Shown one piece after another: positions 56,196 to 64,000 of a stretch of 64,000 nt of DNA. Made by a program: the position numbers and the translations under genes. Positions within the stretch are counted from its first letter, which is position 1; each line of letters starts with the position of its first letter. The stretch lies in assembly GCA_030429765.1 (NCBI GenBank), contig JAUIER010000001.1, positions 1,014 through 65,013 on the forward strand, in the 5' to 3' direction. The notes below the pieces were generated by a model that saw nothing but the letters and a program-made list of their open reading frames with translations, did not search any database and was not told the origin of the DNA. Source of the DNA: a bacterium (GTDB lineage: Bacteria; Omnitrophota; Gorgyraeia; Zapsychrales; Zapsychraceae).

Positions 56196-57526
56196 GAGTC
56201 CCCCCACAGAATATCGAAGCGGAGAAATCCGTTCTTGGAGCCATGCTCATTGATGATGAAGCCATCGGTCAGGCGGTGGAAATCCTCGATGAAGCATGGT
56301 TTTACAATGAAGCCCATCGAATTATTTATCAGGCCATTCTTGATCTCTATAATGATCGCAAGAATGTCGATCTGATTACCATTTCCGATAAGCTGAAAAA
56401 TGACAAACAGCTCGATGCCGTCGGCGGAGTCACCTATCTGTCGACGATTATCGACTTTGTCCCTACCTCGGCCAATGTGGCGCATTACGCGCAAATCGTC
56501 AAGGAGAAAGGAATTCTCCGTCAGCTTATTAAAAACTCCACACAAATCATCACCGAAAGTTACGACGCAACAGGTGAAATCGAAGATATCGTGGATAACG
56601 CCGAAAAGCTCATATTCGAGATATCGGATATGAAGCAAAAGCAAAGGTCATACCACATCAAAGAGCTGGTCAAGGATGGGATCGAAACCATTGATAAACT
56701 TTATCAGCGTAAAGAAAGTCTGACCGGAGTCCCAACCGGATTCAACGAAATCGACAAAATGACCTCCGGTCTGCAAAAGGCGGATCTGATCATCGTGGCG
56801 GCCCGTCCGTCGATGGGTAAGACGGCCTTTGCGGTGACGATTGCGGAAAATTATGCCATCCATCATGGCGGAAGCGTGGCAATTTTCAGCTTGGAGATGT
56901 CCAAGGAGCAATTGGTCCAGCGGATGCTGTGTTCACAGGCCCGGGTGGATGCTCACTCCGTGCGATCCGGATTTCTTTCGCCGTCAGACTGGCCGCTCCT
57001 AACCAAGGCCGCGGCTGACTTGTCGAACGCCAATATCTTCATTGATGATACGCCGGCGATATCCGCCATGGAATTACGGGCCAAGGCCAGACGTCTCAAG
57101 GCTAACCATGACATTCAGTTGATCCTACTTGATTACATCCAGCTCATGCGGGGGACCACAAAATCCGAAAGTCGTCAGCAGGAAATTTCAGAAATCTCCC
57201 GATCGCTCAAAGCTATTGGGCGAGAATTGAGTGTGCCGGTGATTGCCTTAAGTCAGTTGTCACGTCTGGTTGAACAGCGTCAGGATCACCGTCCGCAACT
57301 TTCAGATTTACGCGAGTCCGGCGCGATCGAGCAGGATGCCGATGTTGTTTTCCTTTTAATGCGCGAAGAATATTACAATCCCACCGAAGAGAATCGCGGC
57401 GTTGCCGATGCGATTATTGCTAAACAACGAAACGGACCTGTTGGAACAGTTAAACTTGCATTCCTAAAAGAATATGTGCGTTTTGAAAATCTTGCCAACG
57501 TCGAAAATCTTGCACATGTTGATTGA
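56177..57526 (+). CDS. dnaB: Replicative DNA helicase
   Basis: PPQNIEAE, AARPSMGKT, FSLEM, DYIQLM, LSQLSR, DLRESGAIEQDAD, KQRNGP; no intein. Confidence 0.97.
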   Translation: MGNQEVRVPPQNIEAEKSVLGAMLIDDEAIGQAVEILDEAWFYNEAHRIIYQAILDLYNDRKNVDLITISDKLKNDKQLDAVGGVTYLSTIIDFVPTSANVAHYAQIVKEKGILRQLIKNSTQIITESYDATGEIEDIVDNAEKLIFEISDMKQKQRSYHIKELVKDGIETIDKLYQRKESLTGVPTGFNEIDKMTSGLQKADLIIVAARPSMGKTAFAVTIAENYAIHHGGSVAIFSLEMSKEQLVQRMLCSQARVDAHSVRSGFLSPSDWPLLTKAAADLSNANIFIDDTPAISAMELRAKARRLKANHDIQLILLDYIQLMRGTTKSESRQQEISEISRSLKAIGRELSVPVIALSQLSRLVEQRQDHRPQLSDLRESGAIEQDADVVFLLMREEYYNPTEENRGVADAIIAKQRNGPVGTVKLAFLKEYVRFENLANVENLAHVD

Positions 57527-57551
57527 CACGCACTTTGATTGATCCTATAAT
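57523..57551 (+). promoter_or_regulatory. Perfect-consensus sigma70 promoter for bamA
   Basis: TTGACA (57523-57528)-17 nt-TATAAT (57546-57551); overlaps the dnaB stop codon. Confidence 0.8.
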
Positions 57552-57570
57552 CAGACAAACACGTCAAAAA

Positions 57571-59901
57571 ATGAAAAAATTATTCCAATTTTCAACGCTA
57601 TTTATAGCATTCTTTATTGTCTTTACATCTACGTTTTCATTTGCCCAGTCATTTTCAAATCCGATGGCCGGCGAGGAGAAGGTACGTAAAGTCAAATCCA
57701 TCGAGGTGATCGGTAACAAAACGATCAGCATCGCCACCATTCTTTCCAAAATCAAGACCAGGGTCGGACAGGATTATCTGCAGGGGGTTGTCAGTGACGA
57801 CCTCAAACGACTGTACAATACCGGCTATTTTTCAGACATCCGCGTTGACCGTCAGCTGGAGGACGGCGCGTTCAAGGTGTCGATATTTGTCGAGGAAAAG
57901 CCCATTATCGAGGAGATCACCTTCTCTAAAACCAAGTATATAAAGGGTAAAGTCCTCAAGAAAAAGATCAAATCTATCGTTGGGAAATTTCTGGACAATA
58001 AGGATCTCAAGGATGATGAAAAAACCATTCTCGCATTATATGAGAAGAAAGGGCTGACGTCCGCTGAGATCAAGGCCGAGACGTTTGTGGATGAAGCCAC
58101 GAATAAGGCCAGCATCCATTTTGTTGTTCAGGAAGGACAGAAGATCCGTATTTCCCAGATCAATATTTTCGGCAATGAGTCGTTTAGCGACCGTAAAATC
58201 CGCAAGGTGATTAAGACCAAGCCCAAGAAATTTGTCATCAGCTCAGGATTCCTTAAGGAAGACGAGCTTGATGAAGATATGGACCGGATCGTGTCGTTCT
58301 ATGAACAGCAAGGGTATATTGATGCGTCCGTTGACTATAAGGTCGACACGTTGGGTAAAGGGGATATCGAAGTCGATATTCAGATCAAGGAAGGTCGGCG
58401 CTACTCGGTGGGTGATGTGACGGTTTCAGGTAATCAGGTGATCTCGGACAAAGAAGTATTGCGCGTCATGAATGAGATTACACCGGGAGGCGTTTTCAGT
58501 CGTGAAAAGCTGGGAGTCGATGTTGCCAATATTCGTACCCTGTACTTTGACCGGGGATACATTTTTGCGCGGGTCAGCGAGTCGACGTCGTTGGATTCAG
58601 GGACTGGTAAAGTCGGTGTCCGGATCGAGATTCTCGAGGGGGATGTGGCTTATGTAGAGCGTGTACGTATCGAAGGGAATACACGAACCAAGGACCGTGT
58701 TATCCGACGAGAGCTGAAAATGCTGCCGGGCGATCGATTTGACGGTGAGCAGCTGAGAAAAAGCAAAGAGCGCCTGACATCTATGGGATATTTTGAAGAT
58801 GTCAGTTTCGATATCGAGGATACCGGCGCTCCGGATCGTAAAGACCTTGTCGTGCAGGTCAAGGAAGCCAAGACCGGGACGTTTAGTTTTGGCGGCGGCT
58901 TTAGTACGGTCGACCGCATCGTTGGATTTATCGAAGTCGAACAGCGCAATTTCGACATTATGAACTGGCCTACCTTTACAGGAGGCGGTCAGCAGCTGGA
59001 AGTTCGTGCCGAGACGGGTTCGTCACGTAGCAACTACCGATTGAGTTTTACCGAGCCGTGGATGTTCGGTCATCCAATTTCGGGTGGATTCGACGCGTTC
59101 CGATCAGAACGTGATCGAGAGGACGATACAGGTTATGCCTATGATGAGAAGCGAACGGGTGGAGTCCTTCGCCTCGGGAAACGATTCAGCGATCGTTATT
59201 CCGGCAATGTCTCCTACAAGCTTGAGGAAGTTGAGATTGAGAATTTTGAAGCCGGCGTCTCGGCGGATCTGCTTGCCGAAGCGGGAGAGAACCTGGTGAG
59301 TACGTTGGGATTTGGATTCACGGCAGACGGACGCAACAGCTTTATCAATCCGACCAAAGGTTGGATCTCACGTCATGATTTGGATTTTGCCGGGAGCTGG
59401 TTGGGCGGAGACAAAGACTTTATCCGGTACCAGACATCAAACAGTGTCTTTATTCCATTGAAATGGAAATCAGTACTCGAGTTTCGATTACGGGCCGGAG
59501 TGGTCGATGCCATTTCCGATTCGAATAAGGTGCCGATCTTTGAGCGATTCTTTGCCGGTGGGGCAAGCAGTATTCGCGGGTATGATGAGCGGGATGTCGG
59601 CCCGTTAGACACGGCCGTCCTGGATCCAATCGGTGGGGAGGCTATGCTCGTCGGGAATATCGAGTATACCATTCCGGTGATCCAGTACATCAAACTGGCG
59701 GCCTTCTATGACATTGGAAATGTCTGGGCTGACATCAAGGATTTCGGTGGAGGAAATTTCAAATCGGGCGTCGGTCTGGGACTCAGGGTTAAGACACCGA
59801 TCGGACCGATCAATCTGGATTACGGATATCCATTGGATGATGTTCCGACCGAGGCCGACCGTGAAGGAAAATTCTACTTTAGTGTAAGTCGTGGATTCTA
59901 A
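57571..59901 (+). CDS. bamA: Outer membrane protein assembly factor BamA
   Basis: Start ATG 57571; signal peptide, POTRA repeats (GN.TI, GNTRTKD.VIRRE), IRGY, TPIGPI, terminal F. Confidence 0.95.
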   Translation: MKKLFQFSTLFIAFFIVFTSTFSFAQSFSNPMAGEEKVRKVKSIEVIGNKTISIATILSKIKTRVGQDYLQGVVSDDLKRLYNTGYFSDIRVDRQLEDGAFKVSIFVEEKPIIEEITFSKTKYIKGKVLKKKIKSIVGKFLDNKDLKDDEKTILALYEKKGLTSAEIKAETFVDEATNKASIHFVVQEGQKIRISQINIFGNESFSDRKIRKVIKTKPKKFVISSGFLKEDELDEDMDRIVSFYEQQGYIDASVDYKVDTLGKGDIEVDIQIKEGRRYSVGDVTVSGNQVISDKEVLRVMNEITPGGVFSREKLGVDVANIRTLYFDRGYIFARVSESTSLDSGTGKVGVRIEILEGDVAYVERVRIEGNTRTKDRVIRRELKMLPGDRFDGEQLRKSKERLTSMGYFEDVSFDIEDTGAPDRKDLVVQVKEAKTGTFSFGGGFSTVDRIVGFIEVEQRNFDIMNWPTFTGGGQQLEVRAETGSSRSNYRLSFTEPWMFGHPISGGFDAFRSERDREDDTGYAYDEKRTGGVLRLGKRFSDRYSGNVSYKLEEVEIENFEAGVSADLLAEAGENLVSTLGFGFTADGRNSFINPTKGWISRHDLDFAGSWLGGDKDFIRYQTSNSVFIPLKWKSVLEFRLRAGVVDAISDSNKVPIFERFFAGGASSIRGYDERDVGPLDTAVLDPIGGEAMLVGNIEYTIPVIQYIKLAAFYDIGNVWADIKDFGGGNFKSGVGLGLRVKTPIGPINLDYGYPLDDVPTEADREGKFYFSVSRGF

Positions 59902-59917
59902 TTGAATGGAGGATATC

Positions 59918-60409
59918 ATGAAAATCAAAAATATATTACTTTCACTGTTGATGTGCGCTGTGATTGCCACTCCCGCCTTGGCCAAAGACAAGTTGGGATA
60001 TGTCGATTTAAGCCGATTGTTTGACGAGTACTATAAGACGCAGGATTATGATAAGACACTTGAGTCCAAGCACAAAGGGTTTGAAGAAACCCGGAATCAG
60101 AAAATTGAACAGATCCGGGAGTCCCAAGGTAAACTTGGACTGCTGAATGAAGACAAGAAAGCTGAGCTTGAAGAAGAAATTGAAAAGATGAAGGCCGATT
60201 TGCTTGAATTTGATCGGCAGAAAAAGGCTGACCTGACCAAAGAACGAAACGAAAAGATCCGGGAGATTTTGCTGGAAATTGAGAATGAAGTCAGCGCGTA
60301 TGCCGAGAAAGAAGGATTCGCCATGATCCTTAATGATCGTGTCCTGGTATATGGGAACCAGACGATCGACGTCACCGAAGAAATCCTTCAAAAGCTCAAC
60401 ACCCGATAA
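59918..60409 (+). CDS. skp: Periplasmic chaperone Skp/OmpH
   Basis: GGAGG SD, signal peptide, KLGYVD, coiled coil, IDVTEEIL; follows bamA. Confidence 0.9.
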   Translation: MKIKNILLSLLMCAVIATPALAKDKLGYVDLSRLFDEYYKTQDYDKTLESKHKGFEETRNQKIEQIRESQGKLGLLNEDKKAELEEEIEKMKADLLEFDRQKKADLTKERNEKIREILLEIENEVSAYAEKEGFAMILNDRVLVYGNQTIDVTEEILQKLNTR

Positions 60410-60433
60410 CATCAATTCAAGATATGATGAATA

Positions 60434-60468
60434 CCAAAAACAGAGGACAGGTGTCCTCTGTTTTTTGG
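60434..60468. terminator. Strong hairpin flanked by A and T tracts between skp and lpxD
   Basis: AAAAACAGAGGAC-AGGT-GTCCTCTGTTTTT. Confidence 0.65.
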
Positions 60469-60492
60469 GATCTAGCACCTCAGGAACGTGTT

Positions 60493-61548
60493 ATGCAAAA
60501 AACCTTAGCCGAGATTGCGCAAATGATAGATGGCGAGGTTTGTGGTGACGGGAATGTCAAGATCACCGGCCTGAATGGTATCCGCGAGGCTGGTAGCGGT
60601 GAAATTACCTTTGTGGCCAATTCAAAATACGCTGCCTTGCTGAAACGGACCGATGCGGCGGCTGTAATTATCCCGCCGAGTCTAGACCCGCCCGAGATTC
60701 CTTCCATACGAGTTGATGATCCGGTTCAGGCCTTTTCGATTCTGGCTCAGAAAATGGTTGGGGATGATCAGTATGAGATTTCTGGGATTCATCCGACGGC
60801 GGTCATTGCCGATGACGTCCGGATTGGGTCTGATGTGTCGATTGGACCGCAAGTTGTTGTGGAACCAGGGGTTGTGATTGGAGATCGCTGCCGGATCGAA
60901 GCCGGATCATTTGTAGGGTATAAGGCGGAAGTGGGCGCAGATGGCCATTTGCTGCCGAATGTGACGATATTGTCCAAGTGCCGGATTGGCAGCCGGGTGA
61001 AAATTTTCAGCGGCACGGTGATTGGTGCGGATGGTTTTGGATTTGAGGTGGTCAATGGGGCTCATCAGAAGATTCCCCAGATCGGCATCGTGATCATCGA
61101 GGATGACGTGGAGATTGGTTCCAATGTCACTATCGACCGGGCTCGATTTAACGCGACGGTGATCGGACGGGGTACAAAGATTGACAATCTGGTACAAATC
61201 GGACACAATGTCATCATCGGTGCGCATTGTATTGTTGTATCGCAGGTTGGAATCAGCGGCAGTACGCTGGTTGGTAAAAATTCAATCCTGGCCGGACAGG
61301 CCGGCATTGCCGGACATCTAACGATCGGTGCCAACTCAATTGTGGCGGCTCAAGCAGGCGTAACTGGATCTATCCCGGAAAATAGCAAAGTCAGCGGGTA
61401 TCCGGCCAAGCCGCATGTGCATGCCAAGCGTGTGAATGCCCATGTTCAGCAGCTGCCGGATTATATTAAACGGATCAAGGCATTAGAGAAAAAAATATCA
61501 GAACTTGAAGCAGGACGAAATGAAACCAGCGAATCAAAAGACGATTAA
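60493..61548 (+). CDS. lpxD: UDP-3-O-acylglucosamine N-acyltransferase
   Basis: Start ATG 60493; [24 protein letters not shown], hexapeptide repeats. Confidence 0.95.
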   Translation: MQKTLAEIAQMIDGEVCGDGNVKITGLNGIREAGSGEITFVANSKYAALLKRTDAAAVIIPPSLDPPEIPSIRVDDPVQAFSILAQKMVGDDQYEISGIHPTAVIADDVRIGSDVSIGPQVVVEPGVVIGDRCRIEAGSFVGYKAEVGADGHLLPNVTILSKCRIGSRVKIFSGTVIGADGFGFEVVNGAHQKIPQIGIVIIEDDVEIGSNVTIDRARFNATVIGRGTKIDNLVQIGHNVIIGAHCIVVSQVGISGSTLVGKNSILAGQAGIAGHLTIGANSIVAAQAGVTGSIPENSKVSGYPAKPHVHAKRVNAHVQQLPDYIKRIKALEKKISELEAGRNETSESKDD

Positions 61549-62854
61549 GAACGAATGTGAAATAGAGGGAGTTGGTCTTCACACCGGAAGTCCTGTGAAG
61601 GCGATTTTGAAACCGGGTATGGTCGGTGCCGGAATAGTTTTTATCCGTACCGATTTGCCGGAACAACCTATGGTTCCGGCAAATATTGAGAGTATTAATT
61701 TATCACCGGGCGTTCCCCGATGCACGACGATCGGCAAAGATGAACATCAAATTCATACCATCGAGCATTTAATGAGTGCCCTGGCCGGCTGCGGGATTAC
61801 GAATCTCACCGTCGAGCTTGACGCCTCAGAGTTGCCCGGAGGCGATGGCAGTGCGTTGTGTTTTTACGAAGCGGTTCAAAAGGCGGGGATTGAAGATCAA
61901 TCCGAACCGGTTGAGCCTTTTTTTTTATCCGAACCCATCGGGGTCTCCAATGATCACGCCTCGATCTTCATCACGCCGGCTGATGATTTTAAGATTACAT
62001 ATGCCCTGAACTATGATCATCCGTTGCTGCGTTCGCAGTTCTTTGAATTCACTATGACACCGGAAAATTATGCTCGAGATATTGCGTCGTGTCGTACATT
62101 CTGTATGGAAGAGGAGGCCGATGAGCTTAGGCGCAAAGGATTAGGCAAGGGGGCCAACTTTAAAAATACATTGGTCGTGGGAGCCAAGGGTGTCCTGGAA
62201 AATGAGGTTCGATTTGCGGATGAATTTGTCCGGCACAAGGTTTTGGATATTGTTGGAGATTTGTATTTGCTGGGACTGCCGTTAAAGGGGCATGTCTTTG
62301 CCGTGAAAAGCGGACACCGGCTGAATCTGCAGCTGTTGAAGAAGATTCAGCAGCAGCGTAAGCTGGCCAAGGTCAAGGCAGCCCGATTTGACTATGATTT
62401 TACTGGCAAGAAAGAGATCGATATAGAAGGGATCATGAAGGTACTTCCGCACCGGTATCCATTTTTGCTGGTAGACCGGGTGATCGAGATTGAGCATGGC
62501 AAAAAGGCCGTGGGCATCAAAAATGTCACGATAAATGACGGATTTTTCCAGGGGCATTTCCCCACCCGGCCGGTTATGCCCGGGGTTTTGATGGTCGAGG
62601 CCATGGCCCAGACGGCCGGCGTTGTTGTCTTGACGAATCCGGCGCATCGTGGTAAATTAGCCTTTTTTATGGCTGTGGATAATGTCAAATTCCGCAAGGT
62701 CGTCACCGCTGGCGACCAGCTGATGATGGATATTGAGGTGACCAAGGACCGCAGCCGGATCACTCAAATTCACGCTGTATCGCGGGTGGATGGGGAAATT
62801 GTAGCCGAGGCCGATATGACATTTTCCTTCACCGACGCCTCATATTTGGACTAG
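61520..62854 (+). CDS. lpxC/fabZ: Bifunctional LpxC deacetylase / FabZ dehydratase
   Basis: [30 protein letters not shown] (LpxC); [30 protein letters not shown] (FabZ). Confidence 0.95.
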   Translation: MKPANQKTIKNECEIEGVGLHTGSPVKAILKPGMVGAGIVFIRTDLPEQPMVPANIESINLSPGVPRCTTIGKDEHQIHTIEHLMSALAGCGITNLTVELDASELPGGDGSALCFYEAVQKAGIEDQSEPVEPFFLSEPIGVSNDHASIFITPADDFKITYALNYDHPLLRSQFFEFTMTPENYARDIASCRTFCMEEEADELRRKGLGKGANFKNTLVVGAKGVLENEVRFADEFVRHKVLDIVGDLYLLGLPLKGHVFAVKSGHRLNLQLLKKIQQQRKLAKVKAARFDYDFTGKKEIDIEGIMKVLPHRYPFLLVDRVIEIEHGKKAVGIKNVTINDGFFQGHFPTRPVMPGVLMVEAMAQTAGVVVLTNPAHRGKLAFFMAVDNVKFRKVVTAGDQLMMDIEVTKDRSRITQIHAVSRVDGEIVAEADMTFSFTDASYLD

Positions 62855-62936
62855 TTTTTTTTGGCATGACAAAAAATGTCAATAAATGTGTTTGAAAACT
62901 GCAAAATTGCAGTAAAATATTAAGTAAGTTGATCTT

Positions 62937-63722
62937 ATGGAAAACGTAAATATCCACAAAACTGCCGTCATCCACCCGGGCGCCAAGCTTTCTCCAGGCG
63001 TCTCGATCGGTCCCTATTCGATCGTGGAAGGCAACGTCACCCTGGGCGACAATGTCCGTGTCGGCAGCCATTGCGTTCTCACCGGCCAAACCACTATTGG
63101 TCGAAATTGTAAGATTTATACCGGCGCCGTCATCGGCAGCGCCCCTCAAGACCGCAAGCATTCCGCGGATGATAATGTATTTCTCAATATCGGTGAAAAT
63201 AATGTGATCCGTGAATATGTCACCATGAATCCAGGTACGCTGGATGGAGGCGGCAAGACGATCATCGGTAGCGGTAATTTGTTTATGGCCTATTCCCATG
63301 TGGCTCATGACTGCGTTATCGGTAATAATTGTGTGATGGCAAACGCCGCCACGCTGGCCGGACATGTGACGCTTGAGGACAACGCCGTTTTGGGCGGATT
63401 CAGTGCCGTGCATCAGTTCACCCGATTGGGCCGGCTGTCAATTGTTGGCGGCTGTTCAAAAGTGGTTCAGGACGTGCCGCCGTTCGCGATGGTTGACGGG
63501 CATCCGGTCAAAGTGATCCGGACCAATGTCGTTGGCCTGAAACGTTCACAGATTTCCGAAAAATCGATCAAGCTTCTGAACAAATCGTTCAAGATTTTAT
63601 TCCGACAAGGTTTAACCAAAACACACGCTATTGAAAAAGTCATCGCTGAAGTTGAAGCCAGCCCTGAAGTCGAGCATCTTGTATTTTTCTGCAAGACGTC
63701 AGAGCGTGGATTGTGTAGTTAA
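62937..63722 (+). CDS. lpxA: UDP-N-acetylglucosamine O-acyltransferase
   Basis: IHKTAVI, PQD, IREYVT, HVAHDC, LAGHV, VHQF. Confidence 0.96.
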   Translation: MENVNIHKTAVIHPGAKLSPGVSIGPYSIVEGNVTLGDNVRVGSHCVLTGQTTIGRNCKIYTGAVIGSAPQDRKHSADDNVFLNIGENNVIREYVTMNPGTLDGGGKTIIGSGNLFMAYSHVAHDCVIGNNCVMANAATLAGHVTLEDNAVLGGFSAVHQFTRLGRLSIVGGCSKVVQDVPPFAMVDGHPVKVIRTNVVGLKRSQISEKSIKLLNKSFKILFRQGLTKTHAIEKVIAEVEASPEVEHLVFFCKTSERGLCS

Positions 63723-63803
63723 TTATAAGGAAGTCACAAGCCGCAATTAGCCGATTGGAGCATCCCGCTCATATCGACGTGTGTTCTTGTGGCGTTTTTG
63801 TTT

Positions 63804-64000
63804 ATGGTCGAGAAACGACTCGGACTCATCGCCGGTAACGGCAAATTTCCCATTCTCTTCGCCAAGGAAGCCAAGTCTATGGACTATGAGGTCATAGCGG
63901 CTGGTATTCGCGGCGACACATCATTTTTACTGAAACCGTTTGTGGACAAGATCAGTACATTTAATGTCGGCGAACTTCGCAAACTGTTCACTTATTTCGA
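63804..64000 (+). CDS. lpxI: UDP-2,3-diacylglucosamine diphosphatase LpxI (3'-truncated by window edge)
   Basis: Read from sequence: MVEKRLGLIAGNGKFPILFAKEAK...; follows lpxA; open to window end. Confidence 0.85.
   Translation, partial: MVEKRLGLIAGNGKFPILFAKEAKSMDYEVIAAGIRGDTSFLLKPFVDKISTFNVGELRKLFTYF

Noticed and set aside
61520-62854. LpxC-FabZ fusion as a novelty
   Set aside because: The fusion is already known from Bacteroidota, Chlorobi and other lineages; it is useful only as a taxonomic hint.
1-64000. CRISPR arrays, rRNA, prophage, IS elements, inteins, known riboswitches
   Set aside because: No regularly spaced repeats, transposase/integrase/phage motifs or intein in dnaB were seen by eye; an Rfam/CRISPR scan was not possible.

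Overview
A gene-dense window from a Gram-negative (diderm) bacterium, mostly encoded on the + strand. The gene content (LpxC-FabZ fusion, zinc-ribbon SpoVG in an ispE-spoVG-tRNA-Gln-glmU-prs-rplY-pth cluster, many GT-C/TPR membrane proteins, a large ORF ending in a GGIDLN...LQIKRD tail) suggests the PVC group, most likely Candidatus Omnitrophota. That assignment is an inference and was not checked by any search. Layout: (1) 1-3144, the 3' end of a large ORF that is open from base 1 and carries a divergent glucose-6-phosphate-isomerase-like domain, an unknown domain and a distinctive C-terminal motif; (2) 3.4-12.1 kb, an amino-sugar synthesis/glycosylation operon; (3) 12.2-19.9 kb, housekeeping genes (trxA, panD, def, lipA, flippase-like gene, Mla-type ABC system, yggT, ybaB, greA); (4) 20-27.8 kb, a tandemly duplicated cassette of a small membrane protein plus a GT-C-like protein, a divergent ArnT-like gene and a second paralogous sugar module; (5) 27.8-47.1 kb, RNA modification genes, a PAS hybrid kinase/Hpt/TMTC-like operon, ABC-F plus Smr, repair and envelope genes; (6) 47.4-64 kb, conserved core genes from hisG to the start of lpxI. 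One tRNA (Gln-UUG) and two small proteins missing from the ORF track were found. No CRISPR array, rRNA or transposase was seen. The best candidates for undescribed biology are the enzyme-bearing large protein with its putative C-terminal sorting tail and the duplicated two-gene GT-C cassette. All calls rest on motifs recognised by eye.
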